Of a stretch of 64,000 nt of DNA, positions 1-14,174 are shown piece by piece. The number at the start of each line of letters is the position of its first letter. Positions within the stretch are counted from its first letter, which is position 1. The translations under genes were made by a program, and so were the position numbers. The notes under the pieces are model-generated. The model had not been told where the DNA came from, searched no databases, and saw only the letters and a program-made list of their open reading frames with translations. This DNA is from Octopus bimaculoides (lineage: Eukaryota), in the NCBI RefSeq assembly GCF_001194135.2, contig NC_068986.1, positions 81,403,967 to 81,467,966 on the forward strand, in the 5' to 3' direction.

Positions 1-156
1 AATGTATGTATAATCATACAAACAAGCAATTCTTTAAAGACTCTTTGGTTTGTATAAAATACCCAAAATATTAAGAACCAATCAAAACATTTATTGAGTA
101 TGCAGCAAGAGAAGAAGAAATAAAGACAAAGCATGAAAAGCTTGTCGGATACATAC

Positions 157-364
157 GATTTCACAATAGTTTTTAACGCTGATATTCTAACTCTGTCCAC
201 GAACCAATCCATAAGATAACCAGACATTTTCGGTGCACACCGGTAGAGCTTAAAAAACCTATGATAATTATTAAGTGCCCAAGCAGATCTCACATTTAAT
301 GCATGAGAGACACACTCATCTTTTCTATGATTTGATTTGAGAGTTGCCAATGCAGTTGTTAAAT
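157..364 (-). CDS. LENG8: LENG8 exon 15 (DLTTALA...ALKTIVKS)
   Basis: 208 nt, ttttaaag acceptor and GTATGT donor, PCI-like helical region; the next exon is outside the window. Confidence 0.93.
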
Positions 365-3300
365 CTTTAAAAGATGGTTAAGAAAAAACATTTTGGAGAG
401 AAAATATTTCAGTTTAGCAAACAAAGCTCAGGTTATTATATTTTTGACAAAGCTGTACGAATACAATCCACTAACAGACTATTTTTAAATATTTAAAAAT
501 ATTTTTAGTATTTTATGGCTATATACCATTAGTGTTGATAAACCCATACCTGTTATTTTAAGAAAGCCATATTTTATTTCACTGGTCTTCAAAACTGCAG
601 TGACAAATGTAGCCATGAAATGTCAACATTCATACACAAAAACATAGACATATATGACAGGCTTCTGTACAGATTCTATCTACCAATTCCAATGATAAGT
701 ATTGGTCAACTCAAAGCTAAAATTGAAGGCACTTACCCTGAACCTGAAACCTTGTGGTTGCAAAGCAGACTTAACCACTACAATTCATAAAGCACGTAAG
801 AGATCTGATGAAACTTCAATTGTTTGAAGTTTATTGAACAGTGGAAACAAAGTGAAGTTTGTCGCATCTAAATCACCAATTTAAACATCAACCATAAAGG
901 AGGAGTGATAGCAACGTTGCTATTAACAGACAGTTGGCCACTAGTACTGTTCCTTCAGAACCATTCAAACCAATCAAGCAGCTTCTTGTAAGTGATTGTT
1001 CAACCTGCTAGAAATCCCTTAAAATCACATTTTACCATCTTGAACCCAACCGATAATATAGTTCAAGATAAACTATGTCTAAATAAGAAACAGAATGGCC
1101 ACAGCTGCAACACCTCTGACCAGAGATCTGCTAGATCAGGACTAATTCAGGGATAAACAATTGCATCTGCAGTATGCAATTGATTGAGTGGGAGATAGTA
1201 ACTGAGTTGGGGGGAGAAGGCTGGAGGGAAGGAAACAAAATAAAAAACATGTTACATAATATGTAACATATTAAACATATACAATCAGCTGTTTGAGCCT
1301 GTGATTGGTAGCAATTAAATGTTTTAGTAAATCTCAGTTTTACAAAATAAACTGAAAGGCAATGAAGGATACCCAATGTGTTTGATGTAAATATGTAGTA
1401 AAGTATTCTGTAAGCTGTAAATTCCGCAACATTTCCATGGTGTCCTTCATGGTAGAGTAGCTTCAATTGGGTCTGACACTGGTTAAATTCTTCATGGTCT
1501 CCCTGAAGAGATTAATTACCAATATAGAAATCAAATTCTTACACGTACATATCAGATACATTAAACCATATTCAATTAGATGAGAAACTATTAAGAACTT
1601 ACTTTCTCCATAGCAATACGTGCATGAGTTTCATACACTCTGACAGTAAATATATCTCTTATTCCTTGTAACTGCAAATAATGAAAAATATTCTCCAATA
1701 ATTTCTATTTCTTCTGTGTTTGATGGTTTTTATAGTACAATTTTTTTTTCAAAAGATACTTTCACCAAAAATATATAATAACTATTTTTGAGAAGTGCAA
1801 ATTTAGAATATGATCTGATATTATGTCAGTAACAACAGTAATAAAACTCTCAGCATGTCTGAAGACAGATAAAGTGAGCATCTTCAATAAAATGGTACAA
1901 AAGCCATCCAATTTCGAATAGTTCAAAGTATTAATATGCCTGCTCAAGCATACAAACATGCCACTTATTATTCATTGGATCTTAAGGAACCATCCAACCC
2001 AAGTAGACACTGAATGGTGATGAGAATATCACCATCATCATTTAACATCCGATTTCCATCCTGGCATGGGATGGACAGTTTGACTGAGGACTGGCAAGAC
2101 AGGATGTTGCATCAGGTTCCAATCTGATCTGGCAAGGTATCTACAGTTGGATACCCTTCCTAACACTAACCACTCCGAGAGTATAGTGGGTGCTTATAAA
2201 TTTCATACACACAACCATTGTGATTGTGTACAACAGTGATGTAATTTCACATAATAATCCAGATATATTGTTAAAACATGGAAAAACAATCCTAAGAATG
2301 AAAAAAGTGACATCAAAGCAAGAAACAAGAGAAGCAAAACATCAATGAAAGTCTATACTTACTGTCAAATCTTGTCTAATTGATTTCAATTGTTCACAAG
2401 CATAGTTATAGTCAGCTTTAGCTCTCCAATGATCCTGTACCATAATTAGGGATCGTTTCAAAACTTCAGTAGGGCGTATGGTTGAAGGATCAGGGGCCTG
2501 AAAGTATTTATCATTGTTGAAAAGAATTACCTTCTTCCTTTCAGTAAATTCTTCCATTAAAACATAAAATGAAATATAATCAATGTGACCAATACTTTAA
2601 AAACAAGTCATCTTTTATAATGAAGCAGCATGAAGTTGAACTCGTGCTGAAGACCTTTGCATCTCTATAGCATTCTTGTCTAGGCGGCTATGTGTTAGTA
2701 ACGAACAGTAGTAAGAAATATAAGATGACAACTGTATATACTGTAGTCAAACAGAAACACTGCTTGTATGGATAATGTAAGTTAGTGGAGGAGGGAAGAG
2801 AATGTGGTGATAACAGCTATAAATACTTACTGTGGTCAAACGGAAATATTGTTTCTCTAAATCTTGACATTCACCAACAATGACACAACCATCCATGTCA
2901 AGCTCATCATCACTTCCAGTGGTCTGGACAATAGAAGAAATAAAGAAATAATATAGTAGTAGTCATTGCTCATGAAAGGCAAAAACGAGTGAGACAGTCA
3001 TGTTGTTAAACATATCCACTATCAAAAGCCACAAAGGTAAGGTCAACTCTCATATTTAATTATAACACTACACTGAGATACATTAAATAATGAGCAAAGT
3101 GAAGTGTTTTTAAGATGGATCTATGACTTCTAACCTAAGTCAACACTTCAGTCAACAAGTAGTAAAGAGTGTATAACTAAATCATCAAATAACACAATAC
3201 ATTATTTTATCATCTCAAAAAGGAATACATCTGATAAGTTGGACCTAGGGTATTGTGCCTAAGAAAAAAGATGGGATGGTCATGTTTGGGATATTTTTCA

Positions 3301-5346
3301 TTGTAGGTCTGATCTGTCAGGGTTGACCTAGGGCTAAACAGTAACAATTTACAATCCAGCCCTGAAGTAACATTGCAGGATAGCATTCCCAGGTTCCTAA
3401 AGGAAATAGTGTTTATATGTAATGCATACAATCATTATTACACTGCTAATAGGATAGATATATGTGAATACATTATTGAGTTGCTTTTGTTTAATCCTTT
3501 CATGTTCAAACCAGTCATATCAAGCCCAATATTCTTCCCATTTTATGTTCAAACTGGACAGATCAGGCCTCTTGCACCTACCCTACAATGTCATTCTAAA
3601 AGTAAACAATTGCATCATCAAAATCTCAAAGTTATGAGACAATGTATGATAAATTCTAAACAATATAAAATAAGCATTATTTTTGACAGGGTAATCTGAA
3701 TACTAAAAGGTCAATTTAGTATTTGTAATTTTATTATACAACACCCATGAAGGAAAACTAGGTATGTGCACCAGATCTTTGAGTATCCAATGCACAACTT
3801 CAATGCCATCACCTTCTTACCATCTTGACTATTCATCATTTGCACTTTCCTTCACCAGTAAACATCACCCACTCTATATATATCCTCCCTCTGCTTATCC
3901 AGCATACTTTCTTACAACCATTTTCACAACTATCCACTGCTCACTCTTTCTCTCCCATAACCTGCCATACAGTTACTCCAACCATCGTTTTTTCCTCTCA
4001 TACTAAGGTTCCTTTCTCCCTCTTAATCTAGCTTAATTATCTTCTATCTACTGATCACATTGCCTGGAAACAAAGGTTGACCACACTGAACAGTGAGGAC
4101 TTATTGTCATCAATGAGGCAGATTATGAATGGTCAGATGCCCTTCCTGTCACCAACTTTCACATTTTTCTAGCAAGATAATATTTCACAATAGCCAGGAT
4201 ATGTTTCCACAGAAGATTGGAAACAACACTGCTTTTGTAAAAGTAACACTAGTTTACAACTTTTGTACAATGTCAAGTCAAGAATAAACACAAACATACA
4301 TGTTTACATATATATATTATCTGACTGGCACCTGTGCCAGTGGCATGTAAAAAGCACCATTTGAGCATAGCTGATATCAGTGGCACATAAAAAGCACCCA
4401 CTACACTCTCAGAGTGGTTGGCATTAGGAAGGGTATCCAGCAGTAGAAACCTTGCCAAATCATATTGGAGTCTGGTGCAGCCTCCCTGCTGACCAGTCCC
4501 CAGTCAAACCGTCCAAACCATGCCAGCATGGAACACAAACATTAAACAACAACAATGATGATATATACACACACACACACGCGCGAAAAGTTTCTTTCAG
4601 TTTCTTTATAGCAAATTCATCCACAAGACTTTGGCTGGCTTTGCCCAAGGTGCCATACAGTGGTACTGAACCTCCAAATCATGATTGGAAAGCAAACCTT
4701 TAAACCACACAATTATGTCAAGGCCAAAAGTAAAAAGATTACAGGAAAAACAATCTGGTTCTTATTACCAGAATGTTAAGACAATGTAAGTCACAGGTCT
4801 GATGAAGCTATAACACACTAAATATCAATTATATAAAAAACAAGAGAAAATAGGTAAGTTTAAATTTGAAAGCAGTTAGATTGCACTCAAAAATGGAGAT
4901 GAAAAAAGTGAGAAACTTACGGTAAAGTTATTGATAGTGAGAGTCAGTGTTTGACGGTACCTCTTAGAGTCTGAAGAATTATTTAAATGTTCAACGAATC
5001 GTGCAGCTCTTCGTTGCAGCTTTTCTTCTTTATCAGGCCCATCATACTCAAAAGTCAAGCTAAAGATGGTTTAATGAGAATAAAATAAGAAAATGTAACT
5101 AACCACACTCTTGATATAACAAATACAGGCTCATTATAATTTGAGACAACATATTCTTTTACTTGTTTCAGTCATCTGACAGTGGTCATGCTGGAGCACT
5201 GCCTTAAAGAGTTTTAGTCGAAGAAATCGACCCCAGGACTTATTCTTTGTAAGCCTAGTACTTATTCTATCAGTCTTTTTTGCTGAACTGCTAAGTTACA
5301 GGAGACATAGACACACCAGCATCAGTTGTCAAACGATGGTGGGGGA

Positions 5347-5397
<51 letters not shown>

Positions 5398-5502
5398 NNN
5401 NNNNNNNNNNNNNNNNNNNNNNNNNNNNNNNNNNNNNNNNNNNNNNNNNNNNNNNNNNNNNNNNNNNNNNNNNNNNNNNNNNNNNNNNNATATATATGTA
5501 TG

Positions 5503-5536
<34 letters not shown>

Positions 5537-8500
5537 TACACACACACAATAGGCTTCTTTCAGTTTCCATCTACCAAATCCACTCACAAGGCTTTGGTTG
5601 GCCCGAGGCTACAGTAGAAGACACTTGCTAAGGTATCATGCAGTGGGACTGAACCTGGAGCCGTGTGGTTAGGAAGCAAACTTCTTACCACACAGCAATT
5701 GTTTACGCAATATGTTGATTTTCATTGAATGCTACTGAAATGATAATAATAGCATAAAAGATGTTTAGTGTACAAACTGCCCTTGTACACAATGAACCCT
5801 TGTAAATGATTTAGGAAAGACCAGTTAATAAACGAGTGCATTAATGTCTTAATGAGTCAACATGACTTTATCAAAAATATACTGGAAATAATTCATCGTA
5901 GAACTTTTGTAAGCTTTCTCTGCTTCACCTGTAAACCATAACAAACAAGACTAAAGAGTCAAGATTCATCAAGACCTGAAACTATACTTACTCTCTGTCT
6001 TTCTTTCCTTTCTTGCCACCAAAAGAATCCTCTCTAAAACGTCCACGTGATGCTCTACCTCGAGCACCACGACCACGTCCTCGACCTCGGTTTTTGTTGC
6101 CAAAACTATGTTTACTCACATACTTCTCTGATGAGCTACTGTCGTCAGAGACACTAGAACTGTCACTGGATGAAAAATAAAAACATTATTATTGTTTCTT
6201 TTTCATATATAAATCTCACCATTATCAGCATCATTTTAACATCCACTTTCCCATATTTACATGGGTCAGGTAGAATTTATTGAGGCAAATTTTCTATGGC
6301 TGGATGCCCTTCCTGTTGCCTACCCTCAACTGTTTCTAAGCAAAGTAATATTTTCCCATGGCCAGATATATTTTCCTGAAGACTGAAAATGAACAATACC
6401 ACTTGTTTGATGGTGACACTCACAACTATTGCATGATGTCAATACAAGGATACATACATATCTACAATGGGCTTTTTTTCAGTTTCTGTCTACCAAATCC
6501 ACTCACAAAACTTTGACTGGTTTAAGGCTATAGAACACACTTGCATAAGGTACTACAACAGTGAGACTAAACCTGAAACTATGTGGTTGGGAAGTAAAAC
6601 TTCTCAACCACATAGCTGGCATTAGCTGGACAAGTTGTTAGGGTATGCATCAGTTCTTGTTTGATATTACTGCTCCCAGTGGGACCATTCCTCATTCACA
6701 CATTTTCATTTATGCATGATTTCTGCAGTTAGATTACCTTCCTATTACCAACTACCCTATAGAATGTACTGGGTGCATTTCATCAGGGCACCAACACTAG
6801 AGAGTTTGTTGTATCCACATGAAATAGATATTTAACCCTTTAACATTTAAACAGGTCACATTCAGTTCAAATACTTCATCTGTTTTATGTCCAAACTGAT
6901 GTCTATCCATCAATGTCATATAAAAAAAAAAACAATCACATCATTGAAGTCTTGAAGCTATGTGATAATAAAACTTTAATTCAAAACTATGTGAAACAAG
7001 CATTACATTTGACAGAACAATCTGAATGCTTAAGAGTTAATGAAGTTTAACAGTCACTCTTTGAACAATGATTTTGGAAGTGCAAAATGAACTGACTGTA
7101 ATGACAACAATTATAAAGAAATGTTAACTTTTAATCATTTTGTTATATTGCTCTAATTTAATTCTATGTTCTGACTAAGTATCAAACTAAGTTTAGTGAC
7201 TCTGCTTTACTTCGTGCATTCACCTCGTGTCCTTTTAAAGTGAACTTTTGACTACCTTCTAATTTGCATACTGGTTTGTTTCATAAGTGGCATAATACTT
7301 TTTGCAGGTAGATCTTTAGGTTCTGCCCTTTTTTTTAATTAGCATGCATTTTTGAGTATATATTGCATTGTATTTGCTTACATATTGACTCCATTATTGG
7401 CTTGCATTCGAGTAATGTAATCCAAGTTAATAATTCTGTATTAAAACATAACACTTTTAATAAATTTAAAAGCTTCACATTGTAGTTTAAACCATAAATC
7501 ATTTATCAAGATTATTTACGCCATAATCAAAACATCAGTGAAATAGCCCTAACATTACAATACTACTTTAAAAATGTAGTAAAATTCTTACACTAACATT
7601 TAAAAATCTGTTGGAAATGTTTCAACTAAAGACAAATGGAAATCAAAGACTGAACCAATTCAAACAAAATACCTGCTGTGTCTTCTGTGCTTTCGTGCTA
7701 CAGATCGTGAATATTTGTCTCTGACAGAAACTACTACAGCAGCTGGGGAACGTGAACGACTTCTGGATTTACTACGTGAACGTGAACGAGATGTCCTATA
7801 GGTTGGAACTCTGTCCCCATTGTAAGGACAACGCACTGATGATCGATTGTTTGGTGGTTCAGGATCATCTCTTTCCCACCGACTTCGTTTGCGCTTCTCT
7901 AAACAAGAAATACTAAAAAGACAGAAAATAAAAATGGAGTTTTATATTTTAATTAAGTCTTAGAAAATGCCAAATTTTCTTATATTAAGAACTTTACTGA
8001 AATTTAAAATCTTTTCTTTGAAACTTGTAGTATTCTAGGAGATTAAACTGAAGAAAATATTCAAAACGCTTAGCTTGTCTGCTTCTCCAAATCAATCACT
8101 ATACACAATTATAAACAACACTTTTATTGCATGTAAACCTAGCCACATATCAGTGTTAGCTTTACTCAATCTGATCTCATAAAAATTGTTCCTAAAACAA
8201 ATTTCCTGCTTACACTTAAAAAGTTAATGCACTTGATACATCAATTTAGGTGGGCATTTGTCACCATTTCCCTGAATAACAACTGTTTCCTTCGTATCTA
8301 ATAAAGAACTCAAGCAGTCAGTTTTTTTTTTTGTTCTTTTTCTCTCAATATAATACATTAAGGTCACATTTCAAAGACAACATTGAGCTTGTACTTTATA
8401 CCACTACATAGTTGGGGCTGAAAAGTAAAAGGGTTACCATAAAATTGATTTTGAAGTAAAACTAGATCAAAGATATCTTTAGTATAAGGTGAAATCTAAT

Positions 8501-11500
8501 GCAGTAAACTGCTTCAGGTTAAAATACATCAGTGATATACAAGATGAAATATACCGCAAAAGTCAAAAGCAGTAAACTACGATATAAAAACTAATTCTTG
8601 AATCTAATATGGAAATACTACAGAAGACAAAGTATCCTTTTAACTTCACTGTCCTTTACTATTTTCATTCTGAAGTGTGAAAACATACAATAGTACTTAC
8701 TCAGGCAAGGGTTCTTTATACCAGTCAATATTCCATGGAGTTTGGTCATCAAATATGCCCTTTAACTTCATCTTTAGACATCTTTCCATTTCATCTTTCT
8801 GGTTTTCTTCACTAACACTGGCAAATGCTCTTTGTACATAATCTCTAAAACATTCCAGATGGAAGATAATAAAGTTGCCATAGTTACACAATAAAGCAGG
8901 GGGTTTTTTGTGTTTTTTGTTGGGGGTATGGTTTCTAAGGAAAATAGAAATACCTATACTCTGAATGGAGTAGCTATTGTTCATGTAGTTTAGACCCAGG
9001 GGAAGCCTAACTGAGCAGACCTATGACTAAAGGTATTATACTCATTACCATTCCAACTTTGATGGATAGCTAATGTATCCATTCCATATTTCATATCATG
9101 AGTGTAATTCACAAGAAATTTGGCAGCTATTTCTAGCAGGCTGCATAACTACAAAGAGGTAAAGTGGCAATCCATGGGAAATCAGAACTGAAGGTTATGG
9201 AAAGTATCTTTTTATCTCTGGTATAGACTTGCTGCAATAGCTCCATCTATATACATATTCCTTTCTACACCTGTATGGTAGCACCAACCATTTCCTTATA
9301 AAATCCACGAGGTTTGCAAGTTTCCAGGAATTGATCATATATAAAATATGGAGGCAAAGCTCAGACAGAGAGACATGAATTATCAATACTGAAGTGTTGA
9401 AGATGCAGCTACTTAGAGAATATATATTGCTGTGAATGTATTGGAGTACTAATCTCTATGTAAATGACATGAAGAATGGTATTCTTCTTGCCATTTAGGT
9501 AGAGATTAGCATGCATTTCAACTAACTGGATTCATGGAATATTCATAAAATATTGGTTTCAAGTTTTGACAGACGGTCAGCAATTTTGGAGGGACGGGGG
9601 AGGGGGTCAACTGCATCAATCCCAGTGCTTAACTAGTACTTATTTTATCAACCCCAAAAGGATGAATATAATGACAGAAGAAATGCCACTAAGCATTTTG
9701 CCTGGTCTACTAACAATTCTACCAGCTTGCTGCCTTAAATATTCGTAAAACATTGAAACCTAAATTAATAGATAAAAACTGATCTGATAAATTGTTTAAA
9801 TATTAAATAAGAAGAGGAAACGTTTGAAGTTGACAAATTTCATCTTTACTCACTTCAAATGGTAATCCCCACCTCTCTCTCACATACATACTAGCTTAAA
9901 AACCACCCCATTGGGTAGCTTTTAAGCTAGCTCTTGTGGAAGGCTCTTCATTGGGCCTTGGGCCCAATAATGACACTTCATGCATTGAGTACTTATTAAA
10001 TTTTATTAAACTTGACCAATATTTTTCAAGCAATGAACAATTTTCATCAAAACAATGATATAATTCGTCGACTTGGAACTTATTGCACAGCTGCATGATA
10101 AACAACATTTTTTGTCTTCCCATTTGGGGGTCAGTACAATTTTTTTTTCTTCTGTTTAACCTCTTTCTTTCTTTTGATTGTTTTCAACCATCACTATCAC
10201 CAGTACCACCACAACTGCCATACACACACCATCCAGACTTCTGGCGCCACCACCATCACCACTGTCTTTCACATTGCTTATTATCACCATCATCCCTGAC
10301 CATCTCAGCTACCACCACCACCACCATCATCATCATCACCATTACCATTGCCTCCGCCTCTATCACAAATACAGCTCATACTATTACTATCACCCCATTA
10401 CCATCACAACCTTCAATCTACTACCGTCCTCATAGTCTCTATGCCTACTATATTACTCTCACCCCAGCAGGAGGAATAATAGAAGTGTCATTGAATAGTG
10501 AGAGAGGGGATCAAAGTGTGACACACTGACACACAGAAATTCGTTTTGGCATTTATTATCATAGATATAGCGAAAAATCAGTATTAAGTTCATAAATAGA
10601 AACATTATATGAAATACAAACACTTACTTTAAAGAAGGAGGCCATTCTCCCTTCTCAATACCTGGAGATTTTGATCTAAAATAATAAAAAAATAAGATCA
10701 ATCAATGTGATAAGAATAGGCAAATAAAGTCAACCTGCATAATAATAAAACATAAATCCAAATACAAAAAAATCTTCCATTTCAAAACCCCACTTTGAAG
10801 GTGTTTCAAAATATTTGGAACAGAAATATTTACCCATATGACTAATTAAAAAATATAGCATAAATTACTTCAATATATTTCACATACTTTTACTATAAAG
10901 CTTAAATTATTAAACATTGATATAATCATTTTGTATTTCAATAATCATTCTACCATATACAGGCTTCACTCAATAAACTTGCTAGCCAGAACCAAAGCAC
11001 TTATTATTGGTTTCAAAGTCTGGCACAAAGCCAACAATTTTGGAGAAGGAGGTAAGTTGATTCCAACAACCTATGTCCAACTGATACTTATTTTACCAAC
11101 ACTAAAGGTATGAAAGGCACAGGCAACACCAGAGGCATTCAAACTCAGAATGTAAAGTCCAAAGAAATGCCACAAACCATCGTTCCTGGCAGGGTAACAA
11201 TTCTGTCAGCTCACTGCCTTCAAACCATTTATTATTGACAACAGTGATCTTATATGTGAGGGAACCTATTTTCTTATAATACTATATCAGTCTCTCATAA
11301 TTTTACTAAAACCTTCTGTATAACTTATTGAAGCACATGAATCAGTGAGAAACACACAGCTCCAACGACTGTCTCACAATACAATCTATTACTTACTCAG
11401 CATTGGAGGAATTATCTTCTGTTTGATTATTCTCGGGACTTGATTGATAATTAGACTGTTGTTGTTGCTGCTGCTGCTTTCCAGGATGAGGAGAACACAT

Positions 11501-14096
11501 TTTCTGCTGTGATTGTTGCTGCTGTTGAGGGAACATTTTTGTTCGGTAACTTGAAATGGCATTGGTATTCTGTACATTGTGACGTTTAGAGATCTGAAAA
11601 CGAATGCCCAGAGCATTTGCGTTCCTTACTGCAAGAAAAAAACAGAAAAGGAAAACATTACATTTATAATAATTGATTTTAATACTGGCACCCTCTTATC
11701 CACCCACATCTCGAGTGTCATTCTATAAAACAACCCTTTCCACCTATCCAGAACAACATCAGTCTCTGTCACAACTCTACATGACTTTTACAGGGATAAT
11801 CAGGAGAAATGCTTTCATCATATAATTTTTACTATATAGCTAATCACATGTAACAGCACACCATCACAGACACATTGTTACAATACAACACCACACCCTT
11901 ACCAAATACGTCTACATTACACCACAGACACAACCTCACTACAACTACCACCCAACAACACATCATCTCACAAACCCTCTCTTCCACACTGAACTTCACC
12001 ACAGATCCTCACTTCCACACTACACCCCACTCTCCACAGACACATCATACTTTTATTAATAAGTTACACATCACATCCAAGCCAATGAAGGAGCCTCTAC
12101 ATACTCATTCAACTAGCTAGAAATACAGCCAAATCTCCTTCAAATCACATCCCACTACCTTAAAATAAAAAGAACACATCGGATAATTAAGTTTCTAGAT
12201 ATGCTAGGTCAGTATATAAACACAGATGAGAAGGTCAGAGGTGGCACATGGATCAATGCTGAATTGACTAAATAATCTGGTACATGTTCAAACAACCACA
12301 CAATGTAACAGGCCCTTACTGCCACACTGTGTAACAGGTCCTTGCCACTATACCACTCAATATATCCCCTCTATGATGGAGGAAGTGTAGTTATAGATAA
12401 GATTGAAACATTCAATAGTCTCAACTGCCAACTTGCAGAGAAACACTGTCTGATCCCTTCAAACTTTCAAAATGTTGAATAAGAATATTGTTAAAAAATA
12501 TGCATGTATAAACCTATACATGGATAGAGATATGCATAATATTTTTATTGTGGCCAAGTCAGTCTCTTGCTACACTGAGTTTTGCCTGTGGATGCACAGA
12601 GTCATGAACTCAGGTTTTGCTGAGGAACTAAAAAAGTTTGCTTTGCAACTATGAGGTCTTGGGTTTTATAAAAACAAAAAAAAAACCTGAATACAGAAAC
12701 CAACTAAGCCCCAGCATACAGGCATGAAGGCTTGAGGCAGACATGTTTCTTTTTAAATTAATATTAGATAAAAGTGTAAACTGTTGGCAATACTACAAAA
12801 ATAACCCATTAACAATACTTGAATGGGATAATGGAAGAACAAATGAGACAATAAAAGAAAATTGCTATGTAATGATATTTAAGAAATGGTTAATGATTTG
12901 TTAAGGCCCTTTATAGATCCCTGAAGCATTTAATATTTCTTCTCCTTACTTTACACCAACAGAGGTAGTTGCTGGTGGTGTTGTTTTATACACTCACCTT
13001 GGAGTGTATTTTCTTAATTTTATCATTTCTGTAGTCTTCATCATTTAGCATCTGCTTTTCATGCTGGCATGGGTTAGATGGTTTGACCGAAACCGGTAAA
13101 CTGGAAGGCTGCACCAGGTTCCAATCTGATTTGGCATGGTTTCTATGACTAGATGCCCTTCCTAAACCAACCACTCCAAGAGTGTAATGGGTGCTTGGTA
13201 TGTGCCACTAGCACAGATGCCAGTTATGTGACGCTGGCATTGGCCACAACTATGATTTCACTTGGCTTGACTAAGCTAAGAAATTCTTACATTCTCTTAA
13301 TTCCCTGTAATTCAGACCACCCCATGGTCCCAGCAGACAAAATCGAAAAAGTGTGGCCCTGGAGGATGTGCTTGAACACCCAGACTTGCAGGACTCACAC
13401 TTGTGGATAACCATCTCCATGCAAAAAGCAGTGAACAGGGATATGGTCCAGGGGCCAAGAATGCTGGAGGTCTCCACTGCCAAAAGCTCAACCATAAACC
13501 TGCCAGATAGCAACTGATACTTTGACAATGTTGTTACTTTAACCTTGCCCACAACACAAACCTCTCTAAATTCTGCCATTTATTCAAACAAATACCGTTT
13601 TATAAAAACAAGAAAGAAATGTTACAACTAACGTTTATTCTTGGCCATTTGAAACCTTGGCATATTTGAAGGATAATCAGTATTGTGGTACTGGTGGCCA
13701 GGTGACAACTGTTGCTGCTGCTGCTGTTGTTGAGAAGACTGTTGTGGTGACTGTTGATCTGGCTGGTAATGCTGAGGTGGTGGCTGTTGTTGAAGGTGTG
13801 GCTGTGACTGTTGTTGATGAAGATGTGGCTGTTGAAGATGATGAAGTGAGGTTGGCATATGTGGTGGAGGTGGCTGCTGCATGCGTTGCTGTTGCTGATC
13901 TATGTTGTCTCCAGTGCCAGGAGGTAATGGTTGCTGGAGAACCATATGAGGAGGTGGAGGAGGTACCTGGTTAGGTGGTCTGTTATCTGGATGCTGTTAA
14001 AACAAGCAGAAGATGTATTTAAGATATACTAAACCCTATTATTATAACTAAGTCATTAGAAGAAGATTCTATGAATTAAGCAGTAACCTGTGTTGT

Positions 14097-14174
<78 letters not shown>

